From the human T2T-CHM13v2.0 reference genome, Homo sapiens, in NCBI RefSeq assembly GCF_009914755.1, contig NC_060930.1: a stretch of DNA of 64,000 nucleotides; one strand, 5' to 3'. The position numbers and the translations under genes were made by a program. This document shows positions 26,242-41,134 of this stretch, piece after piece (positions within the stretch are counted from its first letter, which is position 1; every line of letters starts with the position of its first letter). The notes under the pieces are model-generated. The model was given only the letters and a program-made list of their open reading frames with translations, did not search any database and had not been told where the DNA came from.

Positions 26242-28830
26242 CTTCCTTTCAACGTATCTAAGAAATCATCTTAGTTACTACAACAGGGGTGCCATCTAAG
26301 TTCAAGGCGCCAAGTCAAACATATACCCTGCCACTCTCTCCTTTTGTTCCCATGACATACACTGCTGAACAGTCATTGCCCCATTTCCCACTGAGCCTAG
26401 ATTTGTATTCAGAATTCTTCTCCACTCAGGACTTTAGACAATTACTACCTCTCAATTGTTGTTGACTAAGATATAAATCTAGAGGATAACTGAAATAAAA
26501 GTTTGTCCAATTAAATTTATAGTAGCTATTTCTTCCACAAGCTATTCCAATACTGTGGGGGGTGGGGGCGCAGTCAGAACACTAATATTAGGAACAATTA
26601 ATTGTATTATATCATCACATTTATTAACATATTCTGAAAGTGAAAAATATCTATTTATCTATTTACCTATCTAAACATATGTGGAGGGTGAGAGAAAGAA
26701 AACACGTTACCCTTCTGACAGAATCCCGCAGAAATCCCTTCTCTCAACACATAGGCCCGAAATGATATGGGCCAGAATAATAGATGCTCCTTTATCTCAA
26801 GTGAGTTATGTTTTTTCACAAAGATGTCTGTACAGGGAAACTGTTGTCTCGATTGGTCTTTGCTTCACATAACAATTTGTCCTTTCAGGAAGACTGCCCA
26901 TCGATTTTGTCACACACCCATAGTAGGCAAAACCAGCCTCAAAATGGTTGCCATGCTCACAGTTCCCTTCTGAGGAAACTTGCACATTTCCCGATGAGGG
27001 AAGTATCCCTAGGTAGTCCCTTAATAAGCTACCTGACTGGTACTGCATGACCTCAGCCTTGATCACAAGTGATGGAATTGGATGTGGATATTGATGTAAG
27101 GAAAGTACAGTAATAGGCTGGGAAAATGGCTTTAAGGTCAAGTAACCTGGGGATTATCTCAGAAACTTTAAATGAGAGATACTGAGAAAGTTGAGGGTGT
27201 TAGCAGTAGAAGCAGATGCTGAAAAGACACAGACACAACAGTAGGCAGAAGTCATGAGGCAATGGGCTTAGCAAGAATATATTTTTTAAATTTGTATGTC
27301 TGTACAAAAAAATAAAAAAGTCAAGGCATATGAGTCTAATTGGTCTAATGTCCTGAGAAGTAATATTCTCTGTTAATGTGCTAAGACATGTTTTACATAA
27401 ACCGGGACTTTTTTTTTACAGTATCTTTAACCACAAATTACTTTCAATAATATTCCTGCAGCAATTTCCAAAATATAAAATTAAAATTTATATTTTTTAC
27501 AATTTCCAGATTTGGCTGTCTTTACCTTTCTAACAGTTAGTTCCTATTTGATTTGTATTCCTGAGAAAACACTTCATCTGTTTATAAATTCTCAGAACTT
27601 TATGTGTGCAGTTCCCAGGGTGTTCTGCAGGTTATAAGGCCAAATGTTTAAATTGGTCAATAATGACAAAGGATGTTGAGTACTTTAGGAAATGGAATTC
27701 TAACTTAAGAGACGCAGTACCTCACAGAGGAAGAGAGAAGGAGATGGTCATTGATTAGGTGTTCGATGAGCGTATGATAATGATTTGGGTAAATGGAATT
27801 TGCTAATTTTCTGTCTGAGTAAATACACTAATAAGACTCACTTAGGTGGCTGTTAATCAGCATTTCTGTTAGCAATACGACTGAGAAATATTGATTTGGC
27901 TGTGATTGTAGACGTCCAATAAATGTTGTGTGGTCCCATGACTGGTTTGTTGCCACAGGGTATATTTGGCATAAATCAGGGGAATCAGGAAGCAATAGAG
28001 ACACGTTAGACAATTCAATATGATCTGATGTCTTTTGCAATCAGCAATGTCATCATTACTTATATTTTCTTTACTAATTAATGTGTCAAGATATTTTGAA
28101 TTTAATATATTTTTATTTGAGGCTAATCATGACAATTTTCTAGTATTAATTTAATCGATTCAATTTAATTCTCTTTTTCTAATATATATCTCAATTTTAT
28201 TTGGTTTTCTTGCTCATTTTTGTTTTGTTCTATATGGGGTAGTAGTTATAACTTTTGTTAATATTTTATAGATAATTTTCATTATCTTTGATTTTCATTA
28301 TCTTTGGTTAAATATTTTTTTCTTGATTAAAATGCAACAGATTTTTATTGAAGAAAAGTTAGAAAATGCAGAGAAGTAGGAAATGAAAATAAAAATTCTT
28401 GAAGTTACAAAGATGGCCAGTCTTTGTTCTGGAACGTAATAAATTATTATAATAGTTGGAAGAAAATAAGATGAATTTGGGTGTTAGAGAGCTAATATTT
28501 ATTTCAATTTCATATTTAATAGACATAAGTTACAAGGGTAATCATATGTTTTTAAACTATAAGATGCAAAAAAATTTGTACCAACCTCTTCTATTCTGAA
28601 TATTAATTAGCTATTTTTACTGGTAAAAATATGAGCAACAAGATTAACTTCAAGTTTTGAAGAAGGAAAGTTAATCAAAATAAGAGCAGAATTAGAAAAT
28701 TTATATATAATAGTAAAGATCAATTACAAGCAGTAATTACAAGGATTAATAATTTTTCCTTAATATCTATTCTATTTTTATTCTTATTAATACAGCATCC
28801 AATATTTAGATAGGCATAAGGTGGCCTAGA

Positions 28831-28924
28831 ATAATAAATGCAATTGCAACTAGGTGTAATTATGGGAATACACTTTGATAATAAATGCAATTGCAACTAG
28901 GTATAGTTATGGGAATATATTCTG
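28831..28924. repeat. Tandem duplication, 2 x 47 bp
   Basis: ataataaatgcaattgcaactaggt(g/a)ta(a/g)ttatgggaata at 28831 and 28878. Confidence 0.9.
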
Positions 28925-29219
28925 GCCAATCATGAGTAAGTGGACATGTTCTGTAGAAGCTTTGGAGAATCTTCCTTCAAAGAGAGCTACTGAATGTCTT
29001 TGCTCCTTTCTTACTTTGCTTTTCCTCTCTTTTGGACCATGAGAACAAAGGTAAAATGATGTACTGGAATAAACCTAATACTTAAGGTCTCCATGAATAA
29101 AGGCACTAGTCTGACTTAAAGATCCCTGTCTGAACTTTCTGGGAGACAGGGATAAAATTCTACATTTATCAAGCAACTGTTAATTGGAATTTCCTTGTCT
29201 CTGTCATCTAAGCTAATTC

Positions 29220-30420
29220 TGCCTCATAAAATCAACAAAGCTAAAGAATGGCTCTTGGAAAAGTAATATATTTGCAAATCTCTAGGTACATTCACCCCCG
29301 TTTCCAAAAAAAAAGGAAAACAAAAAATGAGAGAAAGAAAGAAGGCTCAAATTTGCAATATGAGGGAATACAAACTGGTACCTAAGTTCTACTGTCATCA
29401 GGAAGATAAAAAGAAGATATAGAAAAAGTTGTATCAGTAAGCTTGAAAATATAGATGAAATTCTAAGAATTTTATTATCAAATTGACTTAAGAAAAGATA
29501 GAAATCTTGAATAGTCTTATAACCATTAAGGAAATTTAATCAGTATTTTAAAACTTCCCCATAAATAAACTACCGAAACTATTTTATATGTAAGTTCTAC
29601 AAAATATTTAAGGCATAGAATATTAGTCAATTTTTGCCAGGTTATACTACATACAAGAAATCTTAAAGTAGCAGTGTCTTATGCAGCATGTCATATTTCT
29701 TGCTCACATGATAATATTATTTTGCTGCAGCTTTGCTGTAGCTCTTCTCTAGCTGTGCTTTAGAATCATGTCTTCTACATGTGTCTTCTAATTCTGGGAC
29801 TCAAACTGAGGAAACTTTCTCTATCCTGGATATGCCTTTCTCACCATAGGGGACACAGGAAGAAGAAAGACTGCATATGTATCCAGTTGTATTATGGCTC
29901 CTTCTTGGATGTGGCACATATTACATCCACTCACATTTCATTAGACTGAGCAAGTCACGTGACCAAGTCCACAGCAGCGGGGTCAGAAAGCATACTGTTT
30001 TCAGAAAGTACAGGGCTAGGGAAGAGAGATATTTCTGAAATAGAACAATGGACTATAATATAGTAAAACATAATATTCAGATGAATTCAGTGTACAAACA
30101 AAAGTAAAAACCCTCCAACTTGCTTTGAGAAGATATTACGAAATTGAAACAAAACAAGCAGGAGCAGTACAAGAGAGAAATATGACAGCCAATCTTACTC
30201 ATTAATACAGATACAAAAATTCCAAACAAGACCAAAACCAATACAGCAATATTTGAAAAGATAATATTTGATGACAAAGTTGTTTTATGCCAAGAGTGCG
30301 AGTTTTGATTAGCGCTAGAAAAGTAAAATAATGTACCTAAGTAGTTTACCATACTAACCGATGAAAGAAAAAAATACTACCATCATGATAGATGCAGGGA
30401 AATCATTTGATACAATTCTC
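29220..30420 (+). mobile_element. Ancient L1M ORF2 fragments interrupted by an MLT1-like LTR (~29630-30060, - strand)
   Basis: gaaaatatagatgaaatt ... gatagaaatcttgaatagtc; gatagatgcagggaaatcatttgatacaattc (IDAEKAFDKI region); MLT1 motif gcaagtcacgtgaccaagtcc. Confidence 0.65.
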
Positions 30421-30772
30421 TTTTTTTTTAAAAAAATTATTTTTTAACTTTTACATTTAGGGGTACATGTGCAGGTTTCTTACATAGGTAAACTTGTGTC
30501 ATGGGGTTTTGTTGTACAGATTATTTCATCACCCAAGTGTTAAGTGTAGTACCCATTAGTTATTTTTCCTGATTCTCTCCCTTCTCCCATCCTCCACCCT
30601 CCTATAGAGAGGCCTAGAGAGTGTCGTTCCACTCTATGTGTCCAAGTGTTCTCATCATTTAGCTCCCACTTATAAGTGAGAATAGGCGGTATTTGGTTTT
30701 CTGCTCCTGCGTTAGTTTGATAATGGCCTCCAGCCCCATCCATGTTCCTGCAAAGGACATGATCTTGTTCTT
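30421..30772 (-). mobile_element. L1PA 3' end fragment
   Basis: ggggtacatgtgcaggtttcttacataggtaaac ... tttagctcccacttataagtgagaa. Confidence 0.9.
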
Positions 30773-31188
30773 GTGAATAAAATTCAAAATTGAATATTTC
30801 AATTAAAAATATTAGCAAATGAAGAATAAATGAGAACTTTTAAATTTTTAATTAAGAAATTGTTCCTTATGAAACAAGTTTAACTTACCAAAAACTTGCA
30901 AAAGGATTTCTGTATACACTTCCTCAGCTTATCCAAATGTTAAGATCTTACATAACCAAAGTGCAACTATCAAAACACAGAAGTTAACATCAATACAATA
31001 CTTATTGAGTAATCTACAGTCCTTATTCAAATGTCATCAATTATCCCACTAATTTACTTTCTCTGAGACAGAATTTAATCCAGAACCAGACACTGATTTA
31101 TTTTTCATATCTCCTTTGTCACTATTCGTTTCTCAGTTTTTTCTTTGCTTTTATAAACTTGATACTTTTGAAGAATAATGGCCAGTTA

Positions 31189-33925
31189 TAGGCACACCTT
31201 GTTTTACTGCATATTGCTTTATTGCGCTTCACAGATAACTGTGTTTTTTACAGATTGAAGTTTTGTGACAACCCTGCATTGAGAAAGTCTATTGGTATAA
31301 TGTTTATAATAGTATATGCTCACTTCATGTTTCTGTGTCACATTTTAGTAATTTTTGCAATATTTTATATTTTTTCATTTCATATGCTACAGTGATCTAT
31401 GATCAATGATCTTTGATGTCACTGTTAATTATTTAGAGGTTCTGTGATCAATGCCCATATAAAACTGCAAACTTACTAAATATTGTATGTGTTCTGACTA
31501 CTCCACTGACTGGTTTTCTCTGTCTCTCTCCCTTTTCTTGGACTTTCTATTCCCTGAGACACAACAGTATGGAAATTAGGCCAGTTATCAACCCTACAAT
31601 GTCCTCTAAGTGTTCAAGTGAAAGGAAGAGTTTCAGGTCTCTCACTTTAAATCAAAAGCTAAAAATAATTAAACTTAGTGAGGAGGGCATGTAGAAAGTT
31701 GAAATGGGCTGAAAGCGAGACCTCTTGCACCAGGTAGCCAAGTTGTGAATGTAAAGGAAAAGTTCATGAAAAAAATTCAAAGTGCTACTTCAGTGAACAT
31801 GAATGATAAGAAAGTAAGTAGCCTTATTGCTGATATGGAGAAAGTTTAAGTGGTTTGGATAGAAGACCAAACCAGCCATAACATTCCCTTAAGCCAAAGC
31901 CTAACCCAGAGAAAGACCTTAAATCTCTTCAATTCTGTGAAGGCTGAGAAAGAGGAGGAAGCTGCAGAAGAAAAGTTTGAAGCTAGCAAGGTTGGTGCAG
32001 GAGGTTTAAAGACAGAAGGTCTCTACAGAACATAAAAGTGCAAGGTGAAACAGCAAGTGCTGGTAGAGAAGCTGCAGCAAGTTATCTGAAGATCTAGCTA
32101 AGACAATTGATAAAGGTGGCTACACTAAACAGATTTTTAATTTAGATAAAATTATCTTTTATTGGAAGGAACTGCCATCCAGGACTTTCATAGCTAGAAA
32201 GGAGAATTCAATGCCTAGCTTCAAATGACAGGTTAACTTTCTTGGTAGGGGCTAACGCAGCTGGCGACTTTAAGTTGAAACCAATTCTCATTTACCATTC
32301 TGAGAATCCTAGGGCTTCTTTAAGAATTACTCTAAATCTACTCTGCCTGTGTTCTATAAATGAAACAACTTGACTCCAGCATATGTTTACAGCGTAGTTA
32401 CTGCATATTTTAAGCCCACTGTTGAGACCTGCTACTAGGGAGAAAAGATTCCTTTCAAAATATTAATGCTCATTGACAATGCACCTGGTCATCCAAAAGC
32501 TGCGATGGAGATGTAGAAGGAATGCACCTGGTCATCCAAAAGCTGTGATGTAGAAGGAAATTAATGTTGCTTTAATGCAACATCCATTCTGTAGCCCATG
32601 GACCGAAGAGTAATTTTGACTGTCAAGTCTTATTATTTAAGAAATATTTTTGTAAGGCTATAGCTGCCATAGATAATGATTCCTCTGATGGATCTGGGCA
32701 AAGTAAATTGAAAACCTCTAAAAATGTCTCACCCTTCTAGACACCAGTAAGAACGTTCATGGTTCATGGGAGGAGGTCAAGTATCAACCTTAAAAGGAAC
32801 TTGGAAGAAGTTGCTTCCAACTCTCATGGATGACTTTGAGGACTTCAAGACTTTGGTGGAGGAAGTCACTGCAAATGTAAATGATTGTTACCAGAGACTT
32901 AGAAGGGTGACAGGGAGGTGGGGATAAATTGGAGATAGTTAATGGGTAGAAAAATGCAGTTAGAGAGAATAAATAAGATCTAGTATTTGATAGCACAATA
33001 GGGTGACTATAATAATAATATCATATATTTTAAAATAATTAAGTGTAGAATCAAAATATTTCTAACACAAAGAAATGATAAATGCTTGAAGTGATGAATA
33101 CTTCAATTATCCTGATTTCTTCATAACACATTGTATACCTGTATCAAAACATCACATATGGCCCATAAATATATACAACTATTATGTACTGATAATAATT
33201 AAACATAATAAAAAAGAAATAATAGAATTAAAACTGAAGCCTGAACATATGACTGAATTGCTGCAATCTCATGACTCAATGTAACAGATGAGGAGTTGCT
33301 TCTTATGGATGAGCAAAGAAAGTGGTTTCTTGAGATAAAATCAACTCCCAGTGAAGATTCTGTGAGCATTGTTGAAATGACAACAAAGGTTTAAAATATT
33401 ACATACATGTAGTTGATAAAGCAGTGGCAAGGTTTGAGAGGATTAACTCCAATTTTGAAAGAAGTTCTACTCTGAGTAAAATTGTATCAAACAGTATGGG
33501 ATGCCGCACAGAAATCTTTTGTAAAAGGAGATTCAATCTATGCAGTAAACCTCTTCATTGTTGTTTTATTTTAAGAAATTGCCACAATCACTCAGCCTTC
33601 AACAGCTACCACCCTGATAAGTCAGCAGCCAGCATCGTGGAAGCAGGACCCTCTACCAGCAAAAAGATTATGACTCACTGCAGGCTCGGAGGATTGTTAC
33701 TGTCTTTTTTTTTTTTTTTTTAGCAATGAAGTAAGTTTTAATTAAAGCATGTATATTGTTCTTGTAGACATAATGCTATCGTATACTTAATAGACTACAA
33801 TATAGTGTAAACATAACTTTTGTATGCACTAGGAAGCCAAAATATTCTTGTGACTCCCTTTATCATTATATTTACTTTATTGCAATGATGTGGAACCAAA
33901 CCCACAATATCCTGAGGTGTGTCTG
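31189..33925 (+). mobile_element. Near full-length Tigger1 with TA TSDs; transposase pseudogene
   Basis: TA|taggcacacctt ... gaggtgtgtctg|TA. ORFs give VWIEDQTSHNIPLSQSL and FERINSNFERSST; IDNAP and PMD motif codons are present; multiple stops and frameshifts. Confidence 0.95.
32881..33215 (+). mobile_element. L1MA 3' end inserted in Tigger1
   Basis: gaataaataagatctagtatttgatagcacaatagggtgactat ... cccataaatatatacaactattatgtac, followed by an A-rich tail. Confidence 0.85.
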
Positions 33926-34889
33926 TATTTTGTAGCATGTTCCTTAATTTAGGTTTGTGTTATGACTCCCAATTGTTAAACTCAGGTTTCACATTTTTAG
34001 CAAGAACATCACAGAGGCGAGGTACCATCTGTGTACATCCTACTAGGAAACTTACAATATTGATATGTCTCCTTAATGAGAATGTTATCTTTATTCAACT
34101 CATTAAGGTAGGGTTTGCTGGGGTTTTATTCATTGTAAAGATACTATTTTCCTCTTTCTAAATAGGTGTCTTGTGGAAATACTTTTTGACTGTGTAAATA
34201 TTCTGTTTCCCACCACACTTTTGCCTGCAATTTTCAATATCCATTGATGATGCTTGACTGCAAAAAATTATTACTGTGGGATTTGCTAAAATGGTCATCT
34301 TTGATTTTCAAGATTATATCTTTGTCTAATAATTGAAATTCAACTGTGAGGAAGAGCTTCTATTGCTCCCCTTTTATTTATTAATTCATGTATTTATATT
34401 CAATACAGACTTGTGAATATTTGTATACTCTCTGGGTTATAATTCATTACTCCCATTATATCTTTTATTCTTCAAATTGTCCTAGTTTTGATAATTGGGT
34501 GCCACTTCAAGTTCCGTCCTATGACCTTCTAAAATATCCCCATCATTTTTTGGAGCACTTTCTTCTTTTCTAGGCTGAAAAGATGTTCCAGGCTCATCAT
34601 GTACTTTATGTGTCCAGCCTGAGAATCAGCCATTTCTTCAAGAAACTCTAGTTCTTTTTATTGGAGAATGATAATTAGAAATGAAGATCTGGGTGCAAGA
34701 TGTACTTGGTGTTACTGGTATTACTGCTTTTAGGCCTCCATCAGCAAAACTGAGCTAGAAAGTATAACTATGAATATATATTAATATTTACACACGTCTG
34801 CTTATAAATATATATTTAAATATATATTAAAATCATGAGTTCATGCTGATTATTCCAATCCCATGTCTGAATGTATTCTAGCCTCTGCC

Positions 34890-35236
34890 CTGTCTCCTGA
34901 GGATCTGGGTGAGAATTAAATCCTAGTTTCTTCCCATTTCAGGTGGCTGCCCAGCATTGCTAGAGTTCCTTGGCTGTAGCCACATCACTCCAGTCTCTTT
35001 TTATGCCTTCCCATCACCTTGTTCTCTGTGTGTCTGAGTGAAACTCCAGGCTGCCTCTTTCTTAGAAGGACCTTTGTAATTACATTTAAGGCCTAATCAG
35101 ATAATCCAGAATAATCTTCCCACCTAAACATTCTAAATAATATTTATAAACCATTTTCCCAACTAAGGTAATAATCTCAGGTTCTGGGGATTAGGGCATG
35201 AACAAATCTTTGGGAGCCATTATTAGCTTGTCACAG
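34890..35236 (-). mobile_element. MLT1-family LTR fragment
   Basis: ttccttggctgtagccacatcactccagtctc; ggttctggggattagg. Confidence 0.7.
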
Positions 35237-35239
35237 TAA

Positions 35240-37440
35240 CCAGTCTCACTAATTTCTGGTTTATCTTTTCTAATTTTTTTTTACTTTTTCCAGACATGAA
35301 AAGATATATAAATTTTCTTATTCCTCTTTCTTTTAATAGTAAAGGTAGCATACAATAGATAACCTTTTACATTTTACTTTTTTCATTCAACAATATATCG
35401 GAGAAATAAGTTTGTATCTATTCATAGAGATATTTCATTTTTTACAACTTCATATAACTCCACTTTGTGGATCTACTATGGTTTTTTAATCCATTCTCCT
35501 ATATAAGGATATTTAGGTTGTTACTAATAATTTACAATTTCAAATAGTGCTGCATATGTATTTTGGTGTTGCTGGAGATGTATCTTCAGGGTGAATTCCT
35601 ACAAGTAGAATAGCTGGGTCAAAAGATAAGGGTATATATAATATTGCTGGTATTTCCAAATTCCCCTCGAGAAGCATCACACAGGTTTGCATTCTTACCA
35701 CCAATATATGTCAGTTCCTGTTTCCCCAGTAGCTTCCCCGCAGATTATATTGTCATAATTTTTAATAGTCACAAGCCTGATAAGAAATGTTTTAATTTTC
35801 ATCTCGTTAGTCATGAGTGAGGTTGAACGTCTTTCCATGTATTTAAGGGCAATTTTAATATCTTTTTATTTTTAACTGTCTTTTCATGCATAAGGGAACT
35901 TCTGAATTCACCTAGAGGCCAGGTGAATTGTGCCTCTAAATAAATCTGGAGGCACATCAGATTAATAAAGAATTGCTTAAAGTATTTCATTTTAGATTAG
36001 AAACAATAAAAGAATGATATTATCACTTTTATTCAACATTGAATTAATTGTCCTGGCTAGCGAAGTAAAGCATGAAAAAAATAAAAGGATTAGGAAGGAA
36101 GAAAATAAAACCATCATTATTCATAAGTAACACAGTTGTCTGTATAGACAAACAGAAAACATTCACCAGTAATATATTAGAACTATTGAGATGACTTAAC
36201 AATGTTTCTAGTTATAGAATCTAAGACAATTGCATTTATAAATATAAAAAAAGTAATTTATAAAAACATACAATTAAAACTGAACAAAATGTTAAATGCC
36301 TAGACATAATTCAACTTAAACTTTCAAGGCATTTATTGAGAAAATTATAAATTTCATATTTTATTGAAAGTCATTAAGGAAGATCTGATGAATGGAGACA
36401 TGTTTATGGATAAAAGACACATTGTATAAAATATAACTATTCTTCTCAGGTTGAGAAGTACTAGATTCTGTTCAAAATCCCAAGCCATTGCAGTGCAACT
36501 TGTCTAGCTGAGCCTTACATTTACATGGAAAAGCAAAGACATTCCTGAAGAATTAAGAACCAGATGGAGCACTGGTCCTATGAGACACCACGACTTCACA
36601 GAAGAGGAAACCCAAGTGGTTAATAAGCATAGGAAAAGATGCCCAATTTCACCCATATTCAGGAAAGTGTATATCAAAAATTTTAAGATATCATACCACA
36701 TTTATCTAGTTAGCACAAATGATAAAGATGAACAAGCATAAATAGAAAGCAAGTGGATACTTTATACTTTGCTGGTGACAATGTAAAATTTAAAAAGATA
36801 ATCTAAAGCATTTGATTGTATCGAAAGAAGGTAAAAATGGGCATGTATTTTCATTGGAGAAATTCCATTTTGAGACACATACCTAAAATAAATTATTTGA
36901 TATATATACTCAGAGATAAGTACAGTAATGCACCTAATAGCAACATTTTTAAGAATAAAACATTGGTTAACAACCCAAATTTTCTTCTGCCAAGGAATAA
37001 ACTATTGTATCGTCAGACAATAGCAAATTTCTATAGTGGTGAAGATAAATGACCTTCATCTGTAAGTGTCAATGTGGATAAATCTCAAGAACAATACTGA
37101 GCAAAAATCAAGCTGCAGAAGAATATATATTCTGTAGAGTTCATAAATAGATAAAGATAATGTATTGTTTAAGGATACATTGCTAGGGATATGTGGTAAA
37201 ACTATTTTTAAAAAGTAAGGATATGATAAACACAAACTTCTTGATAGTGACTACATTCAGATGTTGAAGGAGAGAGTAGGGTGATATCAGGAAAGGTCAC
37301 ACAAAATTTTAAGGTTCTAGAGTGTTTTATTGCTTAAAACAGACATACTCATCACACCTTACATATATGCCACACATACTTTTGTGAATATATAAAACCT
37401 GGAAAAAATAAGCATTGAATATATAAAACCTGGAAAAATA
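35240..37440. mobile_element. Ancient L1M fragments (- strand ~35240-35890; + strand ORF2/3' UTR ~35890-37440)
   Basis: aagtagaatagctgggtcaaa; cacttttattcaacattg; atgtggataaatctcaagaacaatactgagcaaaa. Confidence 0.65.
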
Positions 37441-39439
37441 TAGATATTAATTGGAAGCATCAACATGACTCATTATTCTTTGAGAAAATGGTTATTTATT
37501 TTTTTTTTATGAGAGGGCTGACAGCTTCTCTGTTCCTCCTCCACTTATCATTGGCACATACACTTATTCACCACTGGCTGATTATGTTGACCTAGAATAT
37601 TGTTCTCCACTGAAAAAAAAAATCCAGACTCAGAATCCAATTTTATGTCTTGGGACAAGCAAAGCCCAGATGAGCTGTGACATCTCAACAGAAAGCAAGA
37701 AACTTTCAGAGAGACAGAGGAAGAGCCTTCAGCAGTGTCAGAAAAGACAAAACAGGAAGTGAATGCTGCTGGTTTCCTAATACTGATAATTTGAATGTCT
37801 AAAGGAAAACAATACCATTATTTTGAACCAATCGAGTTTGGAAAAGGTCATGAGTCTATAATAATGCTTGAAAAGAGTAAAATGCTATAAGCTGCTGGAG
37901 AAGATCATATAGGTCAATAGGAGCCAATTTAGTAGGAGCCCAGTTTCTCATAGGTGAAAAAATGGGTTAAGTCAAATGATTAAAGGGAAAGTGGACTAAA
38001 AGTGGACTACTTTTATTTGTTTAATTAGAACAATACTATCCTCTCATTGACTAGTTCAAGTAGTTATTGAAGTATTAGTAAGGAGCATTTGCTCTACTCT
38101 GGCTGAGGTATAAGATGTGTCTTACAATGACAAAGAAAGACGAGCCTGCTGAGTTAATACTGTGAGATATTGATCTGAGACCAGAGGCTGGATTGCAAGT
38201 GCAGGCTTTAGGCATGGCAGAAGAGATATACATCTGAGTGCTGAACTTTCGGGAATAAGCTGCAATGTACTTCACCTGGTGAGCAGGCAGGTGTGGAGCC
38301 AGTATGCAGAACAGTTGAGGCGCTCTCAGGAGCTTCATGGAATGCTCAGTCCCATCAGGTGGAATTCTTGCCCTTTTGTATAGCTGTGAAGGTAGCATTG
38401 TTGTGTCCCTGTTCTGCAGATATATCTATTATATACTTTACTTGCATTAAAGTGTATGCATTCTTGGCTTGGGTCTGCCTTTTCATCAATCACTGACATG
38501 ATTGTGTCAGCTCTGCATGTTCCAAAAACACTAGTTCTAAGGCACTTTGAAAGTGTTATTAAAAATGAAAAGTATTGTGAGATCAAATAAAATTGGAAAA
38601 TTCTGTGCCAGTCAGCATTAAACAGGAGTCATTGAGACTTCCTAGAACCTTTAATAGGTATTGTGAATCTCCATAAAAGGAATTGCATGTAGTCAAAATT
38701 TTCTACCCTGATTTTACCATTAATTCCATATATCAAGCAGACTTTCTTCTGATTCATGTTCAGAGAAATATATTATGAAAACTGTAAGACTATTCACTAT
38801 ATGGATCATTCCTTTCCCTTCACTGTAAATACCATATTTCCCTTCCTGAAGACACGCAACGTCCTGTCCAGTTGCATAAACCAAGTGGAAAATTTGTGTT
38901 TCTGGGTACTTCTCCCTGCATTACACTGGATTCCTAATCATCTCCTTCCTGGGCCACAAGAAAACAATTTTCCATTCCATTAAAGATTAGAATTTTGGAT
39001 TTGTTGATAAAATTACTGGTAACATTGTTTGGGCACATATGAAAGGATAGAAACCATTAATAATAGATAACTTATTGGGGACATTGGAGCAGACCCTTGT
39101 TATCTTCAGAGAAGACACTTTTCTAATAGAGAATGGAATCCTTGGACTTAGAAATGATAAGCTAAAGTACAAAGCACCAATACATTCATTTATATGGAGG
39201 GCATGATTTTGGGCTATTACATTAGGCTAGGCATGGAGTCTTACCTAGAGATGCAAAGATGTACCCAAGGAGCTCACTCACAGACCAGTAGGGCCTGAGG
39301 AACCAGCACAATCATCAGGACAGGGAGATGCATCCATGACAGGTGTGTCAAGGAAGCTACTGGCATACAAGAAGGAAGGCACACAGACTAGAGGGGAACT
39401 GATTGTCATTCTGACTGACTTAGAGATCTTCTTTGACCC

Positions 39440-40410
39440 CCTGTCATGTTGTCATTAGGTCTAATAGCTCATAAATATGTCCAAAAGTGAACTCTGGTCC
39501 CTATTTTCCAACCACCTTCTAACCCTGTTCCTTTTCTATTCTTTATCTAATGAAGTAAATGCCACTGCCCTCCACCCATAAATTTGAGCCAAAACCCAAT
39601 GAAACATCCTTGAAGGTTCTCTTTCTAGGATAAATTTTACTTCACTGTCCCAATATAATGCAAATCTTACTGTTCTGTGATGAATATGCCTATCTTTAAT
39701 ATGTCAGCCACTCCTAACAGATTAAACACAGGTCATCCTATGTTTAACCTCTGTAATCTTTTCTCAGGAATACAGAAATAACCTCCTAGTCTCTCTGACT
39801 CCACTCTTGTCAACCCATCTCTTCCTTCTACATTCAAATCTATTCCCTCTATCATTTGGTAAAATTGCATATGAAGGCACGTTATCCTTAAATATCATAG
39901 TTTGATGTTTCGTCATTACTTTTAGAGTAAAATCCTCAGTGTTTACTCAAGGCCCTAACACCTTGAATAATCTGGCCCCTGCCCCATTCTTCAGCATCAT
40001 TTCCTACCACTTTCACCATTGCCTACAAGACTCCTGTTTCTCCAACACATGATCCTCTGTCCTGTCTCGGTTTGTTTACATTTGCTGTTCACTTTCCTGG
40101 CTCAGATCTATCTTTTGGGTGGCAGCTGAAATGTCATATCCTAAGTTGCATTCTCCCTGACCATCCCATATCTCCTCTCCACCCTACCCAACTAGTCATG
40201 GTCACATTACCGTCTTTCTCTCCTTCACTGCACTTGTCACAATCTGAAATAATATTGTTTGTATGTTCCTGTTTTTTCATTTGTATTGTTTTGTTTTTGT
40301 CTATTTCCCCTTGATTAGAATGCAAGCTCCACTATGTAAGGCAATTTATCGATGTGGTTGTCTTATACATCCCCAGCACCTTGCACAAATGGATGCTCAA
40401 TGAATTCTTG
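39440..40410 (+). mobile_element. L2 3' fragment
   Basis: atgtccaaaagtgaactc ... tagaatgcaagctcc ... ccccagcacc ... gctcaatgaattcttggtggttgaatg. Confidence 0.7.
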
Positions 40411-41014
40411 GTGGTTGAATGTGGAAGAATTGAGAGACCTGACTGCATCAGTCCATTGGGAAGGCTGGTCAATATAGTAAAGCAGGAGCAACAAAAATAT
40501 CTACAATACTCGTTGTTTATTGAATGTACTTTTATGCAAGTTATGATTGTAGCCACTTTAAACACGTTATCTGACTTAACCTTTATAACAACACTGTGAA
40601 TTAGATATTATTATAGATAATGCAGTTGAGGCTCAGAGAGGTTAAGAAATTTGTCTGAAATATAACTTGTAAGTAGAAGAGAAGGGATTGAAACGTAAGT
40701 CTGACTTTAACATTTGTACTCCTGATCGCTCTTGCATCCAAGTTTCCACAGAGCAACTGGTGGGAGAGATTTGAGGAATCCATCAGTTATGTGATGACCA
40801 TTCTGTTGGAATTCCTGCCATCCAGGTTCCTCCTGGAGGTAATCTATTTGTATAATTAAGGCACAATAAACAAGCTTGTTAAACTATTAGCTAAATTAAT
40901 TCATTTGTCTGATTTATCATTTTCTCCTTTCATCTGATACAGAATATTGCCCCAAGTGAAATGAACATGGTAAGATTGAATTTGATAAGGAAGATTGCTG
41001 GTAGGGGGAAATTT

Positions 41015-41134
41015 AGAAGCTTAATCAAGTAGAAGAAGGAGAGACTGGGAAACTTAACAGGAAAATAGATAAATGAATAAATGTTACCATTTATTCATTT
41101 TTGTTAAATTATTCTTCTACTTGATTAAGCTTCT
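41015..41134. repeat. Nested inverted repeat (23-bp outer arms, 13-bp inner hairpin)
   Basis: agaagcttaatcaagtagaagaa (41015-41037) pairs with ttcttctacttgattaagcttct (41112-41134); aaatgaataaatg-ttac-catttattcattt (41071-41100). Confidence 0.9.

Larger units (their letters stand above)
30850..34870 (-). mobile_element. L1MC4/5-like 3' UTR, interrupted by Tigger1
   Basis: The empty site reads ggccagtta|ttttgtagcatgttccttaatttaggtttg; gatgttccaggctcatc and gaatcagccatttcttcaagaaac downstream. Confidence 0.7.
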
